A DNA stretch of 32,050 bases from an uncultured Candidatus Saccharibacteria bacterium (GCA_964373435.1 CAYJUS010000002.1:1-32050); one strand, 5' to 3'; shown: positions 17,136-24,123, counted from the first letter of the stretch. Numbers and translations are program-made. Notes: generated by a model from the letters alone, not told the origin.

Positions 17136-17218
17136 TAATAGATATCCGTTCTTTTACATATCAACGTAATCTCACAGGGAAAGACGCCCTTAGGAAGGTA
17201 TCAAAGGAGGTGACCGTT

Positions 17219-19459
17219 TTGGCACGTATGCGATGGACTAACAAGGAACTCTATGACCTGCGGATTATTCTTGAAAAAAGCAAGTCGTGGGCTGAAGCGA
17301 GAGCATGGATTAAGGGGCGCTTTAACGGTAGCCGAACTTGGGGATCGATACGTATGAAAATAATAAGAGCCGCAGAGTTAAAAGGATTTATGGAGCGATT
17401 CCCCCTTAAAGATCGGCTTATGGTTAATAGGGAGAATGGCGAAGCAACCCTCCATTTTATTGAGTTGGATCGTGTTCTCACCGAACTCGAGCATCGTGTT
17501 CTCGAAATCCTTAAAAAGGGACCAACCACTCTCCCCCATCTTTCGCAGGAACTTGAGCTTAGCCAGGAAAGTATCGTAAAACTGCTCGGCAACCTTCGGA
17601 ATAAAGGATATGATGCATTCGAAGACCGGCGCACCAAAGAGGTTTCCCTCTCGCGCGACGCGTTCGGTTCGTTGGATCCCCTTGAAGTCGAGCCGGTTAC
17701 CTACCGCAACTCCATTAAATTTGCGGTTATCTCGGATACCCGCATCGGAGACAAATCGAGCCAGTTTTCTCTTCTCTATGACGCCTATCAAGATTTCGAA
17801 CAGCGTAAAATAGACTTCGCGATTCATACCGGAAACCTTGTCGCGGGTGATCGTCCCAAAGCACGGCAGGAAGAACTGTTCCTTACGACCGAACACGCAC
17901 AAATGCAGTTTGCGGTGGACCACTACCCGCGTGCTTCTTTTCGAACCTACGTGATCTCGGGACCCCTCGACCTTACGTGGAAGAAAAAGAAGGGGTATAA
18001 CATTGTTCGTGACATCTGCAAAGCCCGTGAAGATCTCATTTATCGTGGCGACGATGCCGCGCTCTTCGAGACAAAAGGAAACCAGGTGTATGTTGCGCAC
18101 CCGGGGAATGACGATACGCCGTATGCCAAGAGCTACAAGCTCCAGAAAATTGCGGAAAACCACGTGGGCTATCTTCGGAGTACCGGGAAACAAGGGAAAG
18201 AAATTCCCATGCTTGCGTTCATGGGCGGTTGGCACATCGAAGACCAGCTTTTCGGGCACTACGCGCATGGTGCCTATGCCGTTCCCTCGTTTATCTCCCA
18301 GAATAAGCAGCTTGCGAATAAACACATTGCTCCTGCGATCGGATATCTCATCGTCGAGATTTTCTTCGATGACGAGGGGAATATCAGTGACGTAAAGCCC
18401 GAGTATGTAACCCTGAATAAGTATCAGATTGACCGGGATTATCTCAATATTCCTTCGCTTCAGGATCTTGAAAACGGCTGTGAAGTTTCGCGGGAAGAGC
18501 GTGAAATCCTCGAACTTATTAAGTGGGGACCATTGAGCCCGGGAGAGCTCTCGCGGCGACTTAATAAGCCCAAAAAGAAGATCCTCGAGTACGTTGAACA
18601 CCTAAAGCAATGCGGTTATGACATTATGATCCCGGAAGAAACCGATCAGGTTACTCTCTCGGTTGGCCTTAAAGAAAAATATGTTCCTACGGGAGCATAT
18701 AAGCGCTTTGAGAAGAAATTCAAATTTGGAGCTATTTCCGACACGCACCTTTGTAGTGTTCATCAGCAACCGTCGCTTTGCGACAAAGCATACGAAATTT
18801 TTGACGCCGAAGATGTTGCCTTTATCGTAAATGCGGGCGACATAACTGAAGGCGGAGGTGGCGTGGGGTATCGCGGTCACGCAAATGACGTATTCATTTG
18901 GGGTGTTGACGAACAGAAAGATTACACGGTCGCGCGTTATCCCAAGAGCAAGAAGAAGAAAAAGACGAAATGCATTCCTGGTAATCACGACCTCTGGAAT
19001 TTTTCCGCGCTTGGCTACGACATTGTTAAACATATCTGCAATGAACGGCCCGACATGGAATATCTTGGTCAGAGCGGAGGCGTCTTTGAACACGAAGGAG
19101 TCCGCTTCAAGGTTCTGCATCCTGCCGGAGGCCAGGGGTACGCCAAGAGCTACAAGCCCCAGCGGTTGATCGAAGGAGATATTTCCAAACACATCCTTGC
19201 GCTTGAAGGAGAAGACGGGGACGTAGACATTCAGCTTCTTGGAAACTGGCACCACTACCACTTCATCCATTATATGGGAACGTATAGCTTCACCCTTCCC
19301 TGTCTTAAGACCTCCGACGATTTTCACGAAACACGCGGGCTTGTTCCGTTTCTCGGAGTTGTCGTGGTTGAGGTTACGCTCGATAAAGATGGAGACATTA
19401 TCGCGATATCGCCGAAATTTATCAATTTGGCGCCGTTTGCAAAAGAACGGGATTATTAA
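17219..19459 (+). CDS. Tandem [winged-helix + calcineurin-like metallophosphoesterase] x2 protein with N-terminal Myb/SANT-like domain
   Basis: The second half carries ISDTHL, NAGDITEGG, PGNHDLW, VLHPAGG and GNWHH. The first half has the degenerate equivalents ISDTRI, TGNLVAGD, SGPLDLTW, VAHPGND and GGWHI. AAAGGAGGTGA at 17203-17213 favours the TTG at 17219; the GTG at 17210 in the ORF track sits inside the SD. Confidence 0.75.
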   Translation: MARMRWTNKELYDLRIILEKSKSWAEARAWIKGRFNGSRTWGSIRMKIIRAAELKGFMERFPLKDRLMVNRENGEATLHFIELDRVLTELEHRVLEILKKGPTTLPHLSQELELSQESIVKLLGNLRNKGYDAFEDRRTKEVSLSRDAFGSLDPLEVEPVTYRNSIKFAVISDTRIGDKSSQFSLLYDAYQDFEQRKIDFAIHTGNLVAGDRPKARQEELFLTTEHAQMQFAVDHYPRASFRTYVISGPLDLTWKKKKGYNIVRDICKAREDLIYRGDDAALFETKGNQVYVAHPGNDDTPYAKSYKLQKIAENHVGYLRSTGKQGKEIPMLAFMGGWHIEDQLFGHYAHGAYAVPSFISQNKQLANKHIAPAIGYLIVEIFFDDEGNISDVKPEYVTLNKYQIDRDYLNIPSLQDLENGCEVSREEREILELIKWGPLSPGELSRRLNKPKKKILEYVEHLKQCGYDIMIPEETDQVTLSVGLKEKYVPTGAYKRFEKKFKFGAISDTHLCSVHQQPSLCDKAYEIFDAEDVAFIVNAGDITEGGGGVGYRGHANDVFIWGVDEQKDYTVARYPKSKKKKKTKCIPGNHDLWNFSALGYDIVKHICNERPDMEYLGQSGGVFEHEGVRFKVLHPAGGQGYAKSYKPQRLIEGDISKHILALEGEDGDVDIQLLGNWHHYHFIHYMGTYSFTLPCLKTSDDFHETRGLVPFLGVVVVEVTLDKDGDIIAISPKFINLAPFAKERDY

Positions 19460-19463
19460 CGAA

Positions 19464-19496
19464 AAAAGGTCCATACCAATGGACCTTTTCTTTTTT
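19464..19496 (+). terminator. Strong rho-independent terminator
   Basis: Hairpin aaaaggtccat-accaa-tggacctttt followed by cttttttt. Confidence 0.8.
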
Positions 19497-19501
19497 GGGT
19501 A

Positions 19502-19530
19502 TTGCTTTTTCGGCAGGACTTCGATAAGAT
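19502..19530 (+). promoter_or_regulatory. Promoter TTGCTT-17-TAAGAT for the HNH/AAA+ pair
   Basis: TTGCTT at 19502-19507 and TAAGAT at 19525-19530. The TTG used as ORF start in the track is this -35 box. Confidence 0.5.
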
Positions 19531-19582
19531 AGGAAAAACCCTTCAGAACGGCACTTTGACAACTTGTTCGAAGGAGGCATCC

Positions 19583-20026
19583 TTGGCAAGAAATAGAAAA
19601 CAAAAGAGAAACAGACATCGAAGAGACGACAAGAGAATCAGGAAAGACAGAAAAAATAACACACCGTCGACGGCCACACCGGTAGAAAAGAAAGAGTTTA
19701 AGGGCGTTCATCATATCAAACCTCGTTCACGAGGAGGTCCGGATGAGCCCTCAAACCTGTACTACTGGTCTACGAACCATACCGGTAAGCACCGCGCGTG
19801 GCATACCCTTTTTGCGAATCTTCTTCCCGAAGAAGCGTGCATGTTGATCGGGCTTTGGACGAGAAAAGACGGCGGCCTTGACTTGCGGTATTTCGGCTCC
19901 CGAAGAGGAAAACCCAACAAGCGAATTATTGCCTGGAAAGTCCTCTTTACAGATCTGACGCCAAAAGAAGCCGTAGAGGTGATAACCCGGGAGTTCATAC
20001 GGAAAGAATGGTTGTCCTCTCCTTAA
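19583..20026 (+). CDS. Small HNH-motif protein with Arg/Lys-rich N-terminal tail
   Basis: HHIKPRSRGGPDEPSNLYYWSTNHTGKHRAWH fits the HNH pattern HH-x-P-x-S-x-GG...N...H...H. AAGGAGG at 19571-19577 lies 5 nt before the TTG at 19583. Confidence 0.65.
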   Translation: MARNRKQKRNRHRRDDKRIRKDRKNNTPSTATPVEKKEFKGVHHIKPRSRGGPDEPSNLYYWSTNHTGKHRAWHTLFANLLPEEACMLIGLWTRKDGGLDLRYFGSRRGKPNKRIIAWKVLFTDLTPKEAVEVITREFIRKEWLSSP

Positions 20027-20038
20027 GGAGGTGATGAC

Positions 20039-21403
20039 ATGGATGAAGAAGGGAAGAAATCACGGCTGAAAGAGATTCGCGACGACATCAGAGATTACGT
20101 CATATCGGTAAACACTCAAAAGACCGCGGCGTGGCTTTCGGAAATCGAAGCCAACCTTAACCGGTTGGTTGTCGGCCAAGAAAGAGCGGTCGAGCACATG
20201 GTCAGGCGGCTCGGGATATTTTATTCGGGCATGAAAGATCCCAAACGTCCAATTGGATCCATGATTTTTTTGGGTCCTACGGGAACCGGGAAAACGCATG
20301 CGGCAAAGAAACTCGCGGCCCAGCTTCTGGGGTACGAGGAGAACGAGGGGGATCCTGCAACCATTATTGAGTGCGCGAATCTTCGCGCGCCACACTCTAT
20401 TCAGACACTCACAGGAGCTCCTCCCAGTTACATCGGCTATGGGGATCCGCCGGTCCTTTCTCAGGCGAACATAGAACGCGCGCATCTGAAGCAGATTATC
20501 CGGAAATACTACCAAACCGATATGAAGAAGCTTACCGAGATGGTAATGCAAAATCTCGGTGGAAGTCGGGGGCAGGCACGCGCGTGGGTAGAAGGCATTA
20601 TTCGGGAACACCACCGGCCGATTTCCGTAATCGTGTTCGACGAGATCGAAAAAGCTCATCGAAACGTCATTAACCTCCTTCTCAATATTTTTGAGGAAGG
20701 GAGGACCACGCTTGCGGACGGTTCCATCACCATTTTTTCGAACACCGTCTTTATCCTTACTTCAAACGTGGGATCGCAGGAGATTAAAAAACTTCATGAC
20801 GGGGTCCTTGGCTTTCCTCTTCCGCACCAGACCAAAACGAATCTCGATGAGAATATCTACGAAGTTTCGAAGCGCGCGCTTGAAAATAACCCCAAATTCC
20901 GCCCGGAGTTTATTGGGAGAGTTCGGGGAGACATCATTGTCTTTCGCAGTCTTACGAAGGTCCACTTCATCAAGATTCTTGATTTGATGCTTGATGAAAT
21001 ACAAAACCGTCTTTCCGGGAAGAGTGCCGAGACGCCACTCGTACTTATAAGCTACTCCAAGCCTTTTAAGAACTTCCTCATTGAAAAAGGAATTGATCCC
21101 AAGTACGGGGCGCGAAACCTTCGCGCAATGGTTGAAAAATACGTGACCTATTCCATAGGACAGGCAATAGTTTCTTCCGAACTTCGCATGGGAGACAAGG
21201 TTCGTTTCGAGATACGGGGGGGAGAGCCGGTCTTGAGGCGAAAGCCCCGTCCGAAAGGCGTTAAGCTCCCGGAGTTTGAGAGAAAGTCGAACGGCAAAAG
21301 GGTGGACATTGAAGCGGTTATCCGGAAGCGATTGGGGCTTCCTCCCGACACTCCTTCTCCCACAAACAAAGCTCCGTTTGTTCCCAAGTCGGATACGTCG
21401 TAG
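20039..21403 (+). CDS. Stand-alone Clp/Hsp100 D2-type AAA+ ATPase (ClpC-like second ring only)
   Basis: VVGQERAVEHM...DPKRPIGSMIFLGPTGTGKT (Walker A), VIVFDEIEKAH (Walker B), TSNVGSQE, RPEFIGR and GARNLRAMV. AAGGAGGTGA overlaps the HNH stop codon. Confidence 0.85.
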   Translation: MDEEGKKSRLKEIRDDIRDYVISVNTQKTAAWLSEIEANLNRLVVGQERAVEHMVRRLGIFYSGMKDPKRPIGSMIFLGPTGTGKTHAAKKLAAQLLGYEENEGDPATIIECANLRAPHSIQTLTGAPPSYIGYGDPPVLSQANIERAHLKQIIRKYYQTDMKKLTEMVMQNLGGSRGQARAWVEGIIREHHRPISVIVFDEIEKAHRNVINLLLNIFEEGRTTLADGSITIFSNTVFILTSNVGSQEIKKLHDGVLGFPLPHQTKTNLDENIYEVSKRALENNPKFRPEFIGRVRGDIIVFRSLTKVHFIKILDLMLDEIQNRLSGKSAETPLVLISYSKPFKNFLIEKGIDPKYGARNLRAMVEKYVTYSIGQAIVSSELRMGDKVRFEIRGGEPVLRRKPRPKGVKLPEFERKSNGKRVDIEAVIRKRLGLPPDTPSPTNKAPFVPKSDTS

Positions 21404-21437
21404 GGTTAAGATCCATATCCGTTTTTTTATATATAAT

Positions 21438-21470
21438 AAAGGGGCGCAACCCTGCGCCTCTTTTTATTTT
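21438..21470 (+). terminator. Rho-independent terminator after the AAA+ gene
   Basis: Hairpin ggcgca-accc-tgcgcc followed by tctttttatttt. Confidence 0.7.
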
Positions 21471-21496
21471 GCCAATCAGGCGCTATAATAGGTTTC

Positions 21497-22174
21497 GTGT
21501 CACTTATAGACCATTTGATTGAAGAACGGTATCTTAAAACACCTCGCATCATCGAGGCATTTCGCGCTATTGATCGGGCCGACTTTGTTCCCGACGATAT
21601 GAAATCGGAGGTTGAAATTAACGCCCCTCTCCCTATTGGGCACGGCCAAACCATTTCTCAACCCCTTACGGTTGCATTTATGCTTGAGCTTCTTGCTCCG
21701 ATGCCGGGCAATAACGTTTTAGATATAGGATATGGTTCTGGTTGGACAACGGCATTGTTGGCATACATCGTGAGCAAGAATCAGACAACAGGCAATAGTA
21801 AACAGGCAACGGGGGGAGATACAGGCAAAGTATTTGCGATTGAGCGGATTCCGGAGCTTGCTGATTTCGGGAGAAAAAATGTGACAAAATACAATTTTAT
21901 AGAAAAGGGGATAGTGGAGATGAAATATGGCGATGGGACAAAGGGATGGCCCGAACTTGCCTCTCGCCCTGAGCTCGTCGAAGGGTTTGACAGAATTCAT
22001 GCCGCAGCCTCGGCGCGTGAGATCCCTCGTGCATGGAAAGAACAATTGAAAATCGGGGGTAGGCTCGTAACACCGGTAGGAGGAAGCATCTGGCTATTGG
22101 TCAAAAAATCGGACCACAAATTTGAAGAGAAGGAATTCCCCGGGTTCGCGTTTGTGCCGCTTATCGAAGAGTAG
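21497..22174 (+). CDS. pcm: Protein-L-isoaspartate O-methyltransferase
   Basis: RADFVP, GHGQTISQP, VLDIGYGSGW (SAM motif I), GDGTKGW and GGRLVTPVG. A GTG start lies 7 nt after the TATAAT at 21484-21489. Confidence 0.85.
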   Translation: MSLIDHLIEERYLKTPRIIEAFRAIDRADFVPDDMKSEVEINAPLPIGHGQTISQPLTVAFMLELLAPMPGNNVLDIGYGSGWTTALLAYIVSKNQTTGNSKQATGGDTGKVFAIERIPELADFGRKNVTKYNFIEKGIVEMKYGDGTKGWPELASRPELVEGFDRIHAAASAREIPRAWKEQLKIGGRLVTPVGGSIWLLVKKSDHKFEEKEFPGFAFVPLIEE

Positions 22175-22179
22175 GGGAC

Positions 22180-22337
22180 GAGTTTTCGATGCGGGTCTCG
22201 AAAAAACGCGGTCGATTTTCCCAGCGAGAAAATCGCCGCTCGCGCTCGAGCTCGCTGCCGAGCACTCAAGGCTTTGAGTGCTCGGACCATGCTCGCTCGC
22301 TCTCCGCGACGTTTTTCGAGACCCGCATCGAAAACTC
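22180..22337. repeat. 158-nt nested palindromic element (outer arms of about 30 bp plus two internal perfect hairpins)
   Basis: The 26 nt gagttttcgatgcgggtctcgaaaaa (22180-22205) are perfectly complementary to 22312-22337, and the pairing extends imperfectly to 22211/22304. Inner hairpins are cgattttc/gaaaatcg and ccgagcactcaa/ttgagtgctcgg. Confidence 0.85.
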
Positions 22338-22384
22338 TTAGTGGGAAAGGAGAGAGAACGAAATTTGCGTAATTGTTTATATGT

Positions 22385-22418
22385 AAAGAAAAGCGCCACG
22401 TGTTAAGGGACACGTGGC
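22385..22418 (-). terminator. Rho-independent terminator of the 156-aa minus-strand gene
   Basis: Hairpin gccacgtg/cacgtggc with a T-run on the minus strand. Confidence 0.7.
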
Positions 22419-22450
22419 AAACCCTTGTCTGGCACTAGAGGGAAGATTAA

Positions 22451-22921
22451 CTAGGCGGCTTGGGGCTCCTCAGATGGAGTCATGGGCCACTCTTCCTTCA
22501 GGTAGTGGAGATGGTCTGTAGGCTGGTCGCGATATGAGTAGCCTGGGATTTTCACTGGTTTCCAGGCGAATTCCAAGTTTTCCGCAATCTCTTTCTCGAT
22601 TTTACCAAGCCTCCAGATGGTTCTCGTCTTCTGAGAAGACCGATCCCTAATCTCCAGGCCCTCGAGGGTAATCCTTATCCGGTGGATATTGCTACCCACT
22701 CCGGGCTCGTTGAAATGACCGTTAAGTCCCTCGAACGTGATAACCCTCCTGACCTTTCTTTCCTCGGCTCCCATTTGGCCGTTTCTCCATGGTCCCTGGA
22801 ATACCACCGCGGATTCCATATCAGTAGGCGCCCAATCCAGAGGATCGATGACGCCTCCTGCTATCAACCGCATATATACCTCTTGTGCCAGACGCTCCGA
22901 GTTCGTGAAGTGATGTCTCAC
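22451..22921 (-). CDS. Hypothetical protein (156 aa), no recognisable motif
   Basis: AGGAGG lies 6 nt upstream of the GTG start and the gene has its own terminator. It is the only minus-strand gene between plus-strand neighbours. Confidence 0.6.
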   Translation of the reverse strand: MRHHFTNSERLAQEVYMRLIAGGVIDPLDWAPTDMESAVVFQGPWRNGQMGAEERKVRRVITFEGLNGHFNEPGVGSNIHRIRITLEGLEIRDRSSQKTRTIWRLGKIEKEIAENLEFAWKPVKIPGYSYRDQPTDHLHYLKEEWPMTPSEEPQAA

Positions 22922-23023
22922 GACATCCTCCTTTCTCTGGGCTGTACCCAGTGGGAATCATGAGATGGACGGAGTACCACCCCACGTCATCCCCATTATA
23001 TCATATTATAATAATTTTGTCAA

Positions 23024-24082
23024 ATGAATTTCATCAAAGATGCAATCTTGCGGGAAATACGCGAGCACAAGCTGGTTGTAGTGGTGCTTGTTTTGGCGAA
23101 TGTGCTGTTTCTTGCGTTATTTATGTTTGGGTTTACAATTTCGTATATACATAAGAAAGTGAATACGCCGTTTGCGAGCGAGTGCCAAGACCAGGAGTTT
23201 ATCGTGCGAGAAGGCGAGGGAGCGAAGCAAATCGCACAACATCTTGAGCGAGCGGGCCTCATATCAGACGATTTTTATTTTATGTTTTACGTGAGCATGG
23301 GGGGAACTTCAAAGAATCTTCAGGCGGGGGAGTATCGGCTTCAAAGCTGTATGAGTATTCGCGAAATTGCGGACGTCGTTACGCGCGGGAAGACGGCAAA
23401 CGAGGTAACGGTAACCTTTCCCGAGGGACTGCGGATAAATGAAATAGAAGAAAAGTTACGGATAGCAGGCATCGGGTATCAGGTATCGGGGTTTACCGTT
23501 CGAAATTTTCAAAATGACTATCATTTTTTGCAGGATGCGCCTCTCCATGCAAATCTCGAAGGATATCTTTTCCCCGACACATATTTTTTTGACAAAGATT
23601 CGAGCGCGGAAGACATAATACGAAAAATGCTTGAGAATTTTGATAGTAAAGTCACCCGGGACTTAAGAGACGAAGCTGCACAGAGCGGGAAAACCCTCTT
23701 TGAGAGCGTTATCGTCGCCTCTCTCGTTGAAAAAGAAGTGCGAAACATGGAGGATAGAAAAATTGTCTCCGGCATTATATGGGAACGGCTTCGACGGGAT
23801 ATGCCTCTCCAGATTGACGCGACCGTCACATATCTCACGGGGAAACGCACGACCGATGTTACCTATCGGGACCTCGCGATAGATTCTCCCTACAACACCT
23901 ATCGCTATACCGGTCTTCCGCCGGGACCCATTTCAAATCCCGGCCGGGAAAGTATAGAAGCCGCTATCTTTCCTCGAGAAAGTCCGTATCTTTACTACCT
24001 CTCAAAACCCGATGGGGAGACCGTGTTTTCAAAAACCTTTGAGGAACACGTACGGGCAAAAGAGAGGTATCTTTCAAAATGA
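23024..24082 (+). CDS. mltG: Endolytic murein transglycosylase MltG (YceG-like)
   Basis: N-terminal TM, LQAGEYRL, ASLVEKE, LQIDATVTY and SPYNTYRYTGLPPGPISNPG. Confidence 0.9.
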   Translation: MNFIKDAILREIREHKLVVVVLVLANVLFLALFMFGFTISYIHKKVNTPFASECQDQEFIVREGEGAKQIAQHLERAGLISDDFYFMFYVSMGGTSKNLQAGEYRLQSCMSIREIADVVTRGKTANEVTVTFPEGLRINEIEEKLRIAGIGYQVSGFTVRNFQNDYHFLQDAPLHANLEGYLFPDTYFFDKDSSAEDIIRKMLENFDSKVTRDLRDEAAQSGKTLFESVIVASLVEKEVRNMEDRKIVSGIIWERLRRDMPLQIDATVTYLTGKRTTDVTYRDLAIDSPYNTYRYTGLPPGPISNPGRESIEAAIFPRESPYLYYLSKPDGETVFSKTFEEHVRAKERYLSK

Positions 24083-24088
24083 AGGGTC

Positions 24089-24117
24089 TTGACTAAGGAG
24101 GCGGGTTCGTGTAGCAT
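24089..24117 (+). promoter_or_regulatory. Promoter TTGACT-17-TAGCAT of the rplJL operon
   Basis: TTGACT at 24089-24094 and TAGCAT at 24112-24117. Confidence 0.55.
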
Positions 24118-24123
24118 GAAGAC

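Noticed and set aside
17378-19714. Two long minus-strand ORFs (407 and 370 aa) antisense to the 749-aa gene
   Set aside because: They are codon-aligned shadows of a sense gene that has clear domain motifs and an internal duplication. Their translations are low-information and motif-free, and the second runs through a terminator and a promoter. I kept only the codon-bias observation as a finding.
21997-22413. ORFs 21997-22413(-) and 22094-22399(-) spanning the palindrome
   Set aside because: They overlap the 3' end of pcm and read straight through a 158-nt palindrome, giving Ala/Arg-rich low-complexity sequence. They are artefacts of the repeat.
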